DNA of 63,997 nt, filler included, from Sphacelaria rigidula (lineage: Eukaryota): assembly GCA_964200075.2 (NCBI GenBank). It is 8 parts of 8 records of this genome, joined end to end, with 100 filler letters (N's around TTAATTAATTAA, not from the genome) between each part and the next. Parts side by side here need not be neighbours in the genome. Positions count along the whole stretch, not along the records: positions 24,039 to 31,950 come from CAXNAA020012999.1; positions 32,051 to 39,962 come from CAXNAA020013000.1; 6 more parts are not named here. One strand, written 5' to 3'. Each line of letters starts with the position of its first letter. Within the stretch, counting starts at the first letter, position 1. The notes beneath the pieces are model-generated. The model was not told the DNA's origin and ran no database searches. It saw nothing but the letters and a program-made list of their open reading frames with translations. Positions 24,867-38,020 of this stretch are shown here, piece after piece. The position numbers and the translations under genes are program-made.

Positions 24867-27800
24867 CTCCCCCCCAATGAAAAGTCATCTCACAGGAAAG
24901 TAATCCAAAGGAGGGATATCTTGTTGCAAAAAACACTTGCGCAAAAGATAACATTATGCACTCCAACTTACGACTAACAGAGATCGAACAAAGATCTCTC
25001 ACGCTTCCTTCTGTAGCATGTACGGTAGATGTAGCAAATGAAAGGAACGCAAGAATGCTGTCTACAAGAAGTCAAACATTTAGCCTAGATATTCAAGCTA
25101 CTCAGGAAATGCAGAAAGTATGCACAAATCTTCTGAGGTTGCTACTCCGAACGAGATGTACAGAAGATTCCGCCCGGACCATCCCATGGCGACGGTGAGG
25201 AGCCCAATCCTCGATTTTTGGCGTTGTCACTTGAACTGGACGGTTTTCCGCATGAGACTGTCTTGTACCTCGCGGACGCAGTACTTGGTGCAAAGGTCGG
25301 CCAATATAATATGGCGGCCTGGAATGAAGTTTAGCTTGATGATGCCTTGACGGATCCATTCGCGGAGTGCGGCGAAGCGGACGGCGATGTGCCGCGACTT
25401 CTGGCTGAAGTTCGCCTCCGAAGCTAGGGTCATGGAGCTCCGGTTGTCCGCATACAGGGTGAAGGTGCGTTGCCATGGCCATCCTAGCTCCCCCAGCATA
25501 GAAGAGAAGTAGAGCCCGTGCTTGGCGGTGCTATTCATTGCGATGAGCTCCGCCTCCGACGTCGATTGCGCGGTTATGCGCTGAACGAGTGAAATGGCGA
25601 GGTCTTGAACGAAACGTACCAGAGAAGAAAGGGCGTCACTTTTCCTTTCGAGGAAGTAGACGGCCTTGAGCCTGGAGTAATAATCGGTAAACTTGGCCAT
25701 GTACTGGTAGCCACCGATCGCAGTTGGAGTGACGGGCCCTGGAATGCCCGTGCTGACGAGTTGAAGTCGTCGCGTGGCGCCTGTGCTCCTGGTCTTGGGG
25801 TGATTCCGCTGTGTGCTTTTGTTTATCTTGCACGTCCCGCACGCTGAAAAGGAGTCGGAAAACCCGGCCCCGCTCTCTTTCATCCGCCCGACTTGTAGTG
25901 GCACTTGGGCATTGGGATGTCCGAGTCGCTGATGTCACGTGTTGGCCATCGATGTAGCCGTTGAGGTGGCACATGCTGTTTCCTTTTCCGTGTCGTGGAC
26001 CCAAGAGGCACTGGATGCTATATTCGCTCTTTCAGGCGGCAGATTGGCGCCGGAGACGGTTATATAACCGTGTTGAGTGCAGATGTTGTCTGGTGCGATA
26101 GCCAGATCCAAGTATTACATGGTGGTGCAGGAGCTGTCCTGTCGAAGAGGCAGCTTGAAGTTTCCCATTCTAATGAAAGAGAAATCATCAAAAATCAATG
26201 ACATCCCTCTTTGCACTGTTGTTCCTCCCGCGAACAGGTAGATGACGACCCAGCCCTGGTGCGATGGTGAAGGGCAGCAGGACCTTCTGCTCGGCCCCGG
26301 TTTGGTCCCATGTGACGACCTTCATTTTTCCTCTGCCAGTGCCGTGGAGTTTTCCCTTGCCGGCGACGTTGATGAGGATCGGCGGGTCGTACTTCTGATA
26401 CTCGATCATCCGGTGCTGAAGATTTGGAAGCAAGTCAGGGTCGACGAAGTGGTTGCTGGCGCCGGTGTCGACAGTCATGGTGAAGGCGAAGGAGCAGCGC
26501 CGGTGTTCAGGCTGCTGATGGCGACGAAGGAGTAACCCATTCCGGCAGGAGGTGAAGGGTCTGAAGGCGATGCATCTGAAGCCTGTTGAGTGGTGGCAGT
26601 CGCGGAAGTTGGAGTAGATGATCCGGCTGTGTTGTAATGTCCCACCACAGTAGTAGACCCCGGTGTCGCTGTTGCTGTGTATGCTACCGCATTGGTGTTG
26701 TTGTTACTACCTTGTCCGTTGTTGTTGTTTACGCCTCCTTGTCCACTGTTGTTGTTGAAGCGGCCTTGTCCGCTGTTGCTGAAGCGTTCATGTCCACTGT
26801 CGCTGAAGCGGGATTGTGCTTGCTGCCGTGGTCCGCTGTTGTGACGTGATCCTCGGCCGCGCTGCCGTTGGTGCCGCTGATCGTCAGGATCGTTGCCCCA
26901 GTGTTGTTGCGCCTTGCAGGTCGAATTATCGTGAAGACTGATTTTGTGCAAGGAGCACCACCAGTTATTTCTTCCCCCTCCGTTGTTTCTTGTGCTCTTC
27001 CTGTTGTTTCGCTTAAAGCAGTTATTGATATCATGACCAGGCTTTTTGCGGTAGTTAGTTGCAGTATTTTGCCGTTGTGGCGGTCATCGCCAAGGTACGA
27101 CCCTTCGCTGCACGCGAAAGCCCGTTTTCTGCGACACGGTTTGCAAACATGTTCCTCATGGTGAACATGGCGTCTTCAAGATTGAAAGTGTCTTGCGATT
27201 CCACAAGCAGTTGAATCTGGGCGTACTCGTCGGTCAGCTCATCCAGGATGATGTCCAGTATCTCGTCGTCCGTAATCACTCGACCCATCTCCGCCAGTTC
27301 ATCTCGCAACGAAAATAGCTCGTTGCAGAAGACGTCCAGGTCTTGACCTTGTTGCATTCTCATGTTAGACAGCATTTTTGCCATAATTTGATGCCGCTGG
27401 CGTGAAGGGTTCTTATATTTTCCCACCAGATCATTCCAAGCGGCGATGCGGTTTGGCAAAATGCCTGCTCTAGGCTTGTACTTGAGGAGAAAGCTTGCTG
27501 CCGGTCCTGCCGTACTCAAGAACAGGAAGTGGAACACGATCTTGTTGGCCATGTGCCACTCCCGGATGTCCTCGACGTTCTGGACGTTGTCATCCATTTC
27601 CCACATCACAGAAGTAGGAGTCTTGCCGTTTGTTGAAGTCGGTTTATCTGGTGCAAGCTGCTGCTGTTGCTTGGGATGCAGTGCTGAGTCTTCTGCTGCA
27701 TCCTTGTCTTCATCCTCTTCTTCATCTTCGATGCTTGAGGTTGCTTGTTTATTGCGCTTGCCAGCTTTGCCCTTGGTCTTCTTGTAAATGGTCGGCGGAC

Positions 27801-29073
27801 ATGGTCTGACGTCCAGGATGTCTGCAATGCCCGAATGTCGCATGCTGATCACGGACTGTGCTGTGCGGGACGAGACATCGAAGTCCGTCCCGTTGAACTT
27901 TCCGCCAACGGCCTTGACGCGTCCGCCGCAGCAGCATTTGTCAATGGCTCCCTCGTGCTGCGGTGATCCTGTTACTGTTGTTGTTGCTGTTGCTGTTGCC
28001 GTCCGTGTAGATGACGTGTACTCGTCCAGCAGTCGTACGATGACGTTGAAAAATTTCAAGAGAAACTGACAGTCCCTCTACAGAAGATGATGATGCACCC
28101 AGGTGTGAGTTACCTACGGGTGTTGGCTGCGAATGCCAGTTGACAGGCTTGATGGATCTGAAGTCCTTGCCTCTTGGCTAGTGTTGCTAGAAGGACCTGC
28201 CGAATTACTGATGTCGTAGCTGAAGACGACGGAGCTAAGTGTCGTTGCTGATGATGATGTAGCTCTCTTTTCTCGAAAAAAACTCTCACGCAACAAAATG
28301 CGGAGGAGTAGCTCGGAACTTGCCGATGCGATGCGGTCGATTGTCGATCTTGTTGATGACCGAAGATGCTCACTAGCGAGATGAGCGTGGAGAGGTAGTC
28401 TTGAGCTGACTCCATTGAACTGCTGTAGTGATGTCTTGGCGACGTGGATGATGCCGACGCGCCTGATCTTGATGGACCTCCACAGAACTTGAATTTGATT
28501 GACGGAAAAATACTTGAAGTTCCCGTTGGTGCGATGTCCATCTTCTGCTTGGAGGAGCGGTGCCGATCCTCTTGAGAACGTGTTGATTGCTGACGACGCT
28601 GTGACTCCTTCCTGATGAAGCTCGAGGCTCATAACCTGAAGGAATATGGCTTCACTCTTGATGGTGTGCTGATCTGGCAAATGTCTTCTGCAGTTTATGC
28701 AGCGTTGCAGAGAGTGACGGTTAAGTCATTTGACTTGAGAATGGAGATGTCGAACTTGGCGCTTATGTGGCCGAAGATTCTAACTCATGGAAGAGAAGAG
28801 TATGAGAAGAGAAGTAGTAGAGGAGTGATCAGGTGGGCGAGCACCAAGTGTGCGAGCCTACCGATCAGCTAATGAACTTCCAGACTTTCCCCACGTCTAG
28901 AACACTCGTAGGATATTACAACCGATACCTCCTGATTAATCCCCGGACAACTTGTTCTGGCAACATAATGTACCGCAAAATATACCGCAGACTATTTCTG
29001 GAACACTCAAATAATTTCTTACTTGTTTACGATAACCTACGATAGATCGTAGTCGTTACCAATAACTGACATT

Positions 29074-29331
29074 GAGTGATGCTGCGATAGGGTCAGCACT
29101 CTTATGGCCTGAGAGTAGAGTTGTTAGGAATCCTTTATCTCATCCAAAACACGACTTTCGAAATAAGTGAGAGTACGCCAGGGTTTTTCTTCCAATTTGC
29201 TATGGATATCCCGAATGAATTTGCAAACGGGGATATCCTGACCCATATTCTTGTGTAGTTCCTAATTTTTGGAACCCCTGAATCAGGCCGGTTTTGGCCC
29301 CAAAAGTGCAGACCCTATCGCAGCATCACTC
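29074..29331. mobile_element. MITE (Sola-like: GAG termini, 4-bp TSD) inserted in the 5' LTR
   Basis: TIR GAGTGATGCTGCGATAGGGTC.GCACT; TSD CATT at 29070-73 and 29332-35; absent from the sister LTR. Confidence 0.9.
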
Positions 29332-32300
29332 CATTGAATGTTCCAACAGATCACCAGTAGCATGGTACTCCAGGACGCAGAAGAGCGTTACACTTTCGAC
29401 CACGGAAGCAGAGTATGTGGCTCTGGGGGATGGTGTCAAAGAAGCTTGGTTTGCAGACGTCATTGTGGATTTTCTTTTAGCTGACAGGAAAGCAAGGACC
29501 ATCAGGGTGTTGAAGGATAACGAGGGTGCGATTGCTTTAGCTGAAAATTCAATAGGCTCGTTGAACAGCAAGCATATAGATATTCGTCATCATTTTCTGA
29601 GGGAGTTAATGGACAAAAAGAGGATAACTTTGGAGCACGTATGGAGTAACGAGCAACACGTTGATATTCTGACCAAAGCGTTACCTCGCGGAGCTTTCGT
29701 CCACCACCGAAATTATTTGTTGGGTATCGAGTGAAGCAACGTCTATCTGTTGAGATTTCTGAGAGTTGATCAAAGAAAACTACTTGCTGATGTAGCTAAT
29801 GCCCAAGGGGGGGTGTTCGCATATTGGTCAATTCTGCATTCGCAGATATCCTTCGGGGTAGTGCAAGATATGTTTCTTCGGAAGTCTCCGTAGAAAGGAA
29901 CGTTATCCAGAACAAGACTGAGAATGTTCCGCGGGACATTTATATGGCCCGCGGGAGATACTGTAGACTGGGAATATCCCGCGGAACATTTGTATGGCCT
30001 GCGGGAGATTGGCTTGATGTGTGGTTCTCGGCATTATAGGTGGGAGTTGTTGATCGCCTCGAGGGTCACTCTCTTTTGTTTCCCGATAATACATTGATTC
30101 TTCTTTATTCCTTGTGAACAGGATGCCGGGGCAGGCATCGATCTCTGGACATGCGAAACCGACAATTTCTTCCATGAGGTACTGCCAAAAACGGTCATTT
30201 TTGTTTTTGCACATTTTCCCTCATGAGTCTGCGCTGACCACGTCGATTTTACATATTTTTGCACCAAAATTCCCGTCAGATCACGGGCGTTCAGGAGGGT
30301 GGCGGCCGTTTCGGACGGTTGGATCGTCTTGGTTTAAATAGCGAAAAACCTCCTGTTCCGGGAAACAAAATCCGTTCCTCATCTCTTGAATGCATTGTTT
30401 GGCGCAGATATCGGAAAGGTTTTGAATGTGAACAAGAGCAGTAACAACAACGCCAACAACAATTGGACTTTTGTTCAGAGTCGTTCTCGAAACCTCGCAG
30501 CCAAGCGAACCGGTGAAGTGGGCTAGACTCCTCTTGAGGAGGTGATGCAAAGTATCCAAGACACGTGACGGCGATGTTCTCCGAGGGGCGCGCGGGGGGG
30601 TGACGGTGGGGGGGGCAAAAACTGGGTCAAATGTCACAAGACTGAAAAATCCAACCGACAAGAAACAACCGTAAAAACCGGTCCAAGCCGAGAAATCTCG
30701 ATAAACCCGATCCAGGGCTCTGTATCCCATGATACACGATGGTAGTGGTGTGTTCAATCCATCAATAGTGGGCGCTGAGATGTGGTACCTGAGGCTCCCA
30801 AAACTGATGACACACGCGGCCATTCGGCTACCCTCTTAAAATCCTATATCGCGATTTTCATCCTCTCGAGGGTAAAGTGAACCTCGGGAGAATAAAAGAA
30901 AAACTCTAGAGGGTATTTCATACTCGGTTCCAGTCATGAAACGAATCCTCTGGAGGGCATCTAATGCTTCAGTGACTTCTGAGGTCTGAATCCCTCCCTC
31001 CAGAGTACCAAAAATATGGTGCACCGGAGCACGTGGTTTTCGTGAACGTCCCTTTGAGGGAAATATGAGCATCATTCCTCTGGCGGAGGGACCGACTATG
31101 GCCTCTACGGCATTTGTTGCGACTCCGGAAGACATGGCCGTGCAGTATCCTCCAGCGTGTACATTTACACTTGTGCACTTGTGTCCTAACTGCTTCCAGG
31201 GGACCTTTGGGACCATCACGCCAGAAAAAATATATGTATCACCCGCCGTTCACAGATTTAATTGCAAACCCGACAACACTTATTCCCAGCTATAATACCA
31301 CCACAATAACCCTGCAGCAAAGAGCACGAGTTGGGCACAGGGATGGATATAGATACACACTGCAGTGGTTGAGCCTGATGTATGTCTTGTTGGTGGAAGC
31401 TTGAACTTGAGCAGCGGGATATGGTGCGGGCAACAACCGGCGGTTTACTGCATACACACCCACAGGCAGTGCAGGCAGACAAAGCTGCGCACACTGTTCA
31501 AGTCATTTTCACGTCGCACTGTGAGCAGAAAACGTGCATATAATCCTGCGCTGTCTGTACTGTACTTTGTCCGCTTTCCTTTCACGTCCTACTGACTGCA
31601 GGGGTGAGCACCCTGCAAGAACGGACATCGTGATGTACACTCAGTAGCTGACGGTATATAACACCCCCATTCACCCAAAGTTACAGACATCCGCTTTGTT
31701 TAGCCATACGTGGCGCATATGCCGCGCTAACTCTGCAGTATATCGCACAGCACGTATCAGAGGATCCTATTAAATGAGGTTCATCAATGAAACGAGGTTC
31801 GAGCTCAAAACAGTACTCTCTCCACGCTTTCAGCGATGGTGCCCAATGACTTTCTTGTCAGCCTAATGCCCCTCGATCGCGTAGATACTTCTTCAGCGCA
31901 TTTTGTCAACTCTGTGAGCTTACAGCGCTGTCCGAAACTACCATTTCTACNNNNNNNNNNNNNNNNNNNNNNNNNNNNNNNNNNNNNNNNNNNNTTAATT
32001 AATTAANNNNNNNNNNNNNNNNNNNNNNNNNNNNNNNNNNNNNNNNNNNNCTCCCACACGCAGGGCATAATCAACTTTACCTTGTTATACCCCCCCCCCC
32101 CCCCCCCCCCCCCCCCATCACCACAGAACATATACACATATGACCCCAAAAAATCGGTTCCCGGATTTGAATTTTGTATGGCATGCGGAAATTGGTGATA
32201 GCTATCGGTATGTGAAGGAATGAAGGCATATTTTAAAAAAATGGTTCACACATATGAAGATTGTAATAACCCGACTCATCATCGTCAATGAAAACCGTTG

Positions 32301-32732
32301 TCCTCAATTTTCACGATCGGTTGTTATCAATCACACCAAATATTCGTGGCGGTTCGCCCGCTGTGCAGAGCGCTATGAACGCCGCCTCACGACTGGAGTC
32401 CACGCGCGTGTGGTGGTCGTGTTGCACAGTATTCCATAAGGTTCTCTGCAACACCACGTCTTGATCGTCATTTCGCTTCATCAGTCGTTCGTTCAATAAG
32501 TATCACGCATTATCTGGAGATACAACCGGCGATTCGCCCAAGGTTGTCGCCGGACGACCCGCCGTAGACGTGTGCACACAAGGGCGCACTGCATCAAGCG
32601 CTCTACAACTTCCCCATCAACCCTACGCACGGGTTATAACTTCCGTCTGCAGAAGATAACTCCCACGGTTACTTGTCTACCTACGCAACTCATCTGCAAG
32701 AAACATGTCTACGACTTTCGCTACAGGTGCAA

Positions 32733-35700
32733 TCAAAACGCGAATTCGTCGTCGTCGTTGCCTGCTTCCGATGCCGAATCTTTTACCTCTGAGTCGCTAC
32801 ACTCGGAGTCTGAATCTTCAAGCCAGATCCCGGCTGAATGCTTCGATCCGCGCTCTGTGGGACCATCTAGACCACCGTCACAACAACTTCGACTGGTAGG
32901 ATCTGGTCCCGGATTCGATTCCCCTCCCGCTACCCTCGCCATCCTCCCGCCATCTCGTCAGAAGCACTCCTCACCACGACTACTATCAACACCTTCCCCC
33001 GGGGCCGTCCTCGCTTTATTCGTCTGCCCCCCGCCACGCAACGCCGCTGACCCGCCGCTTCCATGGTTCGCCGTGGATCCACCCCTCCCCTCACGACGTC
33101 GGCGGCATGTATCGACATATCCTCCGGCAGAATCACCTGTAGCAGTAGCGTCGGTCGCTGGGGCAGGGGGTGGGGGTAAAAAGCAGCGGCCCTGACAACC
33201 GCAGCTCAGCGTACATTTCCCCAACATCTGCAATCTCGGCACTGGTGACCTCTTTGCGCTGCCCTTTCCGGCTTGCACGCGCAGCTCACGGTTCGCATGA
33301 TTAGGGTTAAGAGTCGTACATGGCCACGATTTTACCCCACACTGTTTCGAAGAACACGCTGATGGTATGGTGTGCCACCCGATCGTGGCTAGCCTCCGAT
33401 GCTTTGGTCCCGTCCACGCCAAGTGCCTCTGCGACAAACTCTATCCCTGCCCCCCCAAACCGGCTCATGATGGCCTTCACCATGTGGTACAGAAGGTGCC
33501 AGTCACCCACGTATATTCTGAGCCAGTGATAGTGGCCGGGGTTACTCCGAATCAGGTGAAACATGAAGCGAAATGTCTCCTCAACGTCGGCAACCATGCA
33601 TGGCGCCGCCGCGCCCCTCTCGTCCACGTGGCGTATATCAGCAAGACGGTCGATGGCGGCCTTCGAGTCGGACCAACTCTTCGTGGTGCCCAGTTGCATG
33701 AAGAGGTACTTGAACACCTGCGGGTCCCTCTGCATCATCGGTACCGTCTAGTGGGGGAAGTCGAGGATTAGATCACACGAGCGCGGATGATGCAGGGTAT
33801 ACACTCTGTTAGGCATTTGTCCACTCTCACACGTTTAATCCGTGCCATTTTGCGAGGTGCGCACGTCGCACCATGGAATGCCTCCCACTGCGCGCGACTT
33901 TAAAAGCTTGCATCGGAAATACGAGAAGCACTCGTGCATTCCTTGAAGGGTTTCCACAGACTCTTCTCCTAATCTCTTGCTCGTGAATTGTTCACGATGA
34001 AGTCCCAGTACCGAGTGTAAAACGCATAAGCGGCATCTCTAGGGATTTCGAATCCGCACCTTGCCAACCTATTCGGTACGAGCAAACACATTTGGATTAG
34101 CCGTGCGCGGTGTCCGCGAGAAATTATGTCATCACCTAACCCTGACCCTAGCTCAAGTGCAAACAGCCTGATATTGATGCGAGCTCAGCTCCAATATCTA
34201 ATTATTACCATGTCAGACGCAACTCCGCACCCCACGCACACGTGCGTGATCTCGCCATCTTTCGACACGAATATCCCGACCAACTACTCAGTACCCAAAA
34301 ATTGCCAACTCTGTTCACCTGTCTGAGTTCGATCTCCACGCACGTTTCGATGTGGCCACCTTCACCTGCAATCCTCGCCACCGCGCAACGGAATGCTGCA
34401 TCGTCGAATACGGAGAGGAAACGCTCCCATTGGTGACCGTCCCTGTGCCAGGAGGGTCCCGTCGTGATGTCCGCGGCCACCAGGTCACCTTGTCGGCGGT
34501 GCGCGTGCATGAGCGATAGATGGCCAGGCAGATTCTCCACGGCCACGCAGGTAGCCGCTATAGTACTTACATGTGCCCCGACCCCCGTGACACTCGCCGT
34601 CGGCCAAAAATCCCATTTGTTCCAAGGAATCGCAGCAACCCGTGATGCGAGGGCCAGGACATGTCTGTCCATCCTCCACTTCACGTAGAACTGTTCCCGC
34701 TTGTATCGCATCGACTCTGTCATGCAGAATCCATGGGCGGCGACGTAGTCGATGACAGCCACGGGTGTGCCGTGCGTTTTCAACAACTGCGCTCGATGGA
34801 AGTCGTGCATTGCTCGGAAACTTCGGCCTAAAACACTTTTGACGAGGTTTTGCACGAGCATGTACAGTCTCCCAATCCGCCTCTTCCTCGCCCTCATCTT
34901 CTCGCGCAGCGCCTTTTCCCGCGGGGTCGATCCGTGTGTTCTTGCGCTGGCGAGGTACATCGCCGATCCCCCTTGAGCTGGGCCCCCGTGTTCCTGTTGC
35001 GCCGTTCCACCACCACACCTGCTTGCGGTGCCCATCAAACCCGCCCGGCCACCCCGCGCCGCCGACATGTCGACATTATCCGCCTCAGCGGTGCGAGGCG
35101 CATGAACAGAACATCAATAGAATACACGGTCGAAAAATGTACTGCGTACAGTATGGAATCTATTTTCTATTGCAACAGACAATAGATTCCATACTGTACG
35201 CGGTACATTTTTCGACCGTGTACTCTATTGTCCAGGGTATGGAACAGAATCCCCTTGCCTACCGCTCCTTGCTTCATCCACCGTCGGAAGAAGCAAGTCC
35301 GGATCATCACTCGACACTTGCAAATGGCACAGACTGCTCAGCAATGCCAACCGTGCCGGCGGCGTATTTCTGGTCCCTATACCCCGATACGTTCCTCAGT
35401 TCGTGTGCAATTTCGATGTCCACCCTGATGATAGACCCAGCCGCTATGACCACGGCTCGTTTATCCTCCTCCGAAACGGCAGCTGTCACACGCTGGAGTG
35501 CGTGTTCAACAGGCTGACCAGTCTCCAACTCGGCGGTGAGGCGGGAGACAGAACGCTCCAACTCTCGTACCCTCGTAAGCATGTTGCGAAGTTCAACGTC
35601 GGTCGCAATGGCTACCTCGGGCGCCACCACAGAAGGAACGAGATAGATGAACTTGCGTCGCCCATTGCATACAGCCGCATCAACCCCGCTTATCTTCTCA

Positions 35701-37057
35701 AGCTTGGCGTCGACTGCGCCGTCTGCGGCCACCGCATCGACAATTCTCAGCGCTTGCTCCCTGGTGCGCTTGTCTAGAATAGCCCGGGCGTTCACTGCGG
35801 TTCTGGCTTCGGGCAGCCAGGATTGAACATCCTCCAGTCCCACTGAACGCCCCTCCTCGACGGCCGCAATCACGTTTTTGGTGTACCTCTGCAACAAAGT
35901 ACGGCTCGGCAGGGGTAGGGGGGGGGTGTTAAACCAACAGTCACGCGTGTGCAGCTAACCGGGGGGAGGGAATTTGCCTTCCGTCTGGTACTCGTTATCC
36001 TGTATCGCTCGATGGAGCTCCAAAAACAATGATGCCGGCTGCACAAGCAATCCGAACTCGGTTGGTAGTTTTTCACAAGCGCAGCCAGACGTACACCATC
36101 ATCATCCGCACAAGACTCCAGAAATTGCCGAGCCTCCGTGATTCGCGCCGCGCCACGATGACGCCAGGCATTGCCTTTCCCGGGCCCTGGTCGATGGCAG
36201 GCGAAGCACAGCCGCGATACCGGACATCGGGAGTTGTATGGGAATACGAACATCGGCACTTCCTCGGGAGATTGTATTGCCAGCAGCTGATCTTCTCTCA
36301 CGCCGTTTCTGTGCTGCAACACCGCATGCTGTTGTTCATGCCACGCTCCCCATACGCTGTCAACCTCCGGCTTATTCGTAGCGGTTCTCTTCCGCCTCGA
36401 TGCACGTATGCCAGCATGTGGTGGTGTGCCTCTGCCGGACTTGAGCGGTCTACATCTTTTCTTGGCCTTGGCCGATGGAATTGAAATTTGTACCTTCGGG
36501 ACTCTACCACCGGCAGCTCTCCCGATATGCGGGTGGGTATTACCCACTTCCTGGAGAGGTACTGTCGGCGGATTCCGTGGTGACACCTCCCGTACATTGT
36601 GTTCTGACGCCGAGGTGATGGAGATTTCACAAGTCGCTCCTTCCCCGGCCGATCGAAATTTGAAGTTACTACCTTCTGCACTCGGATGGTCATTGCACCC
36701 CTCCAACCCCTGCTTTTCTACAGATGCGCCATCACTGGGCGCGAAGGACGCCTCCGGCGCTCTGAACAGCACAGTCCCCGTACCTTTACCGTAGGAACGG
36801 GGGCTCAGCCACTTCTGCGGTTTGACTCGTTTGCCGATGGGACCCTCGGCGATGTCCCCCACATTTTCCACGGGTGCTGCACATTCGGAGTGCGTCAGGG
36901 GAGATCTACTTTCAACCGCGGATGTGGCACGTGTCGGTCGGGATGGAGGCGACAGTGGTGCAAACACTTCACTACCTGCCCGGAATAGACGGGACAATGA
37001 TAGATTGACGCAACGTATCAGTCGTACAGTCTTATTTGTTTTTAGATTGCGAAACAC
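32733..37057 (-). pseudogene. Decayed, spliced Academ-like (DUF6589-like) DNA transposase gene
   Basis: Ordered motifs: THGTPVAVIDYVAAHGFCMTE; IPWNKWDFWPTASVTGVGAHVST; VADVEETF...HWLRIYVGDWHLLYHMVKAIMSRFGGAGIEFVAEALG...SHDRVAHH. In-phase GT-AG joins at about 35944/35890, 34318/34068 and 33865/33748. One in-frame TAG and frameshifts. Family recognised from recalled motifs, not a search. Confidence 0.65.
35115..35230. repeat. Palindrome with ~54-bp arms
   Basis: caatagaatacacggtcgaaaaatgtactgcgtacagtatggaatctatt / aatagattccatactgtacgcggtacatttttcgaccgtgtactctattg; related to 5913-6031. Confidence 0.9.
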
Positions 37058-37631
37058 ACGGGTTCGTGTGAACTGATGATATCCCGGAACGTAGGCATCC
37101 TCAATTTAGTTCAAATATCTCAGTCATCAGCGGGAACAAGAGGAAAGTAGTCAGATGAGCTGGGTCTTCAGCACCTCTATTCACGCATGGTAATAGTGCA
37201 CGGGGGGTATCGGGGTGCTCTTACCTCGAGACCGATTGCGGTGCCGTATCTCACGTTCGGTCTGCCCCGGCCGGCGTCTCAAAAGTGCTCCAAACGTTGC
37301 ACCCCAATTGTGAGTCTTGGGGATCTTCCACATCTACGGTCAGCGAATGCATGGGGGAGTGGATGCGTGTAGGACCGTACGTCAATTATTTTTATTACAG
37401 ATGTCTTCAATCGTGCGGTTATCGTGCTGTACTGTCCAACGATGACGGGATTTTGGTTGCCGCGCCATCTAATGTCATGATCTGCATGTGATCGTCGTAC
37501 TGATGTACTGTCCAAGTTCACAACTCGAAATCTGTGTTGTTTATGAGTCGGATAATCTCGCTCCACGTAGGGGGTCGTCCGAACCCGAGTGCAGGATCCA
37601 AACATGCCATCGATGCGCAATCAAAAGGCGT

Positions 37632-38020
37632 CAGGTGGGATCAATACTTTCCTTCATGGAGGACTTGACCCCCAGAATCACACATGACCCACGGCCGCAT
37701 GTCGGTCATCGTGCAAGACCGTCATGTAGTACTGTACATGCTGTTTCTTCGCGCACTCGGCGCTGGCATACCCGAATATTGCACTTCACAGGCTGTACAG
37801 TACATGCGCAATAAAAAGGAACCAGGTGGGATGAATACCTTCCTTCATGGAGTATCTAACCCGCAGAATTACACATGGCCCACGGCCGCATGTCGCTCAT
37901 CGTGAATGCGGGTAGCTTCGACAACACCGTCACACAACTACAACGGTACTGCACATGTTGTTTCTTCCCGGACTCGGCGCTGGTTACATTCGAATATTGC
38001 ACTTCGCAGGCTGTACAACA
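37632..38020 (+). repeat. Tandem duplication, two copies of ~190 bp
   Basis: caggtgggat.aatac.ttccttcatggag...cccacggccgcatgtcg.tcatcgtg...cgaatattgcacttc.caggctgtaca occurs twice. Confidence 0.85.

Larger units (their letters stand above)
24417..29348 (-). mobile_element. Nested, internally deleted Ty1/Copia LTR retrotransposon with both LTRs
   Basis: LTRs 24417-24866 and 28637-29348 (the latter carries a MITE) with TG...CA ends; 5-bp TSD GATCA (24412-16 and 29349-53); PBS GGTTATGAGCC; PPT TGGGGGGGAG. Encodes gag (28059-27055), protease VDTGASNHF, an IN N-terminus and an RNase H tail; no RT. Confidence 0.95.
24039..30120 (+). mobile_element. Outer Ty1/Copia element (RT C-terminus, RNase H, PPT, 3' LTR), interrupted by a nested Copia
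   Basis: VPFREMAGCLMWIANQTRPDIS...YVDADYG...RRSVSSGAVLCGRS (to 24416) resumes at 29354 as PVAWYSRTQKSVTLSTTEAEY...KDNEGAI...SKHIDIRHHFLRE...DILTKAL (stop 29734). PPT AAGGGGGGG, then LTR TGTTCGC...GTGAACA at 29814-30120. Confidence 0.93.
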
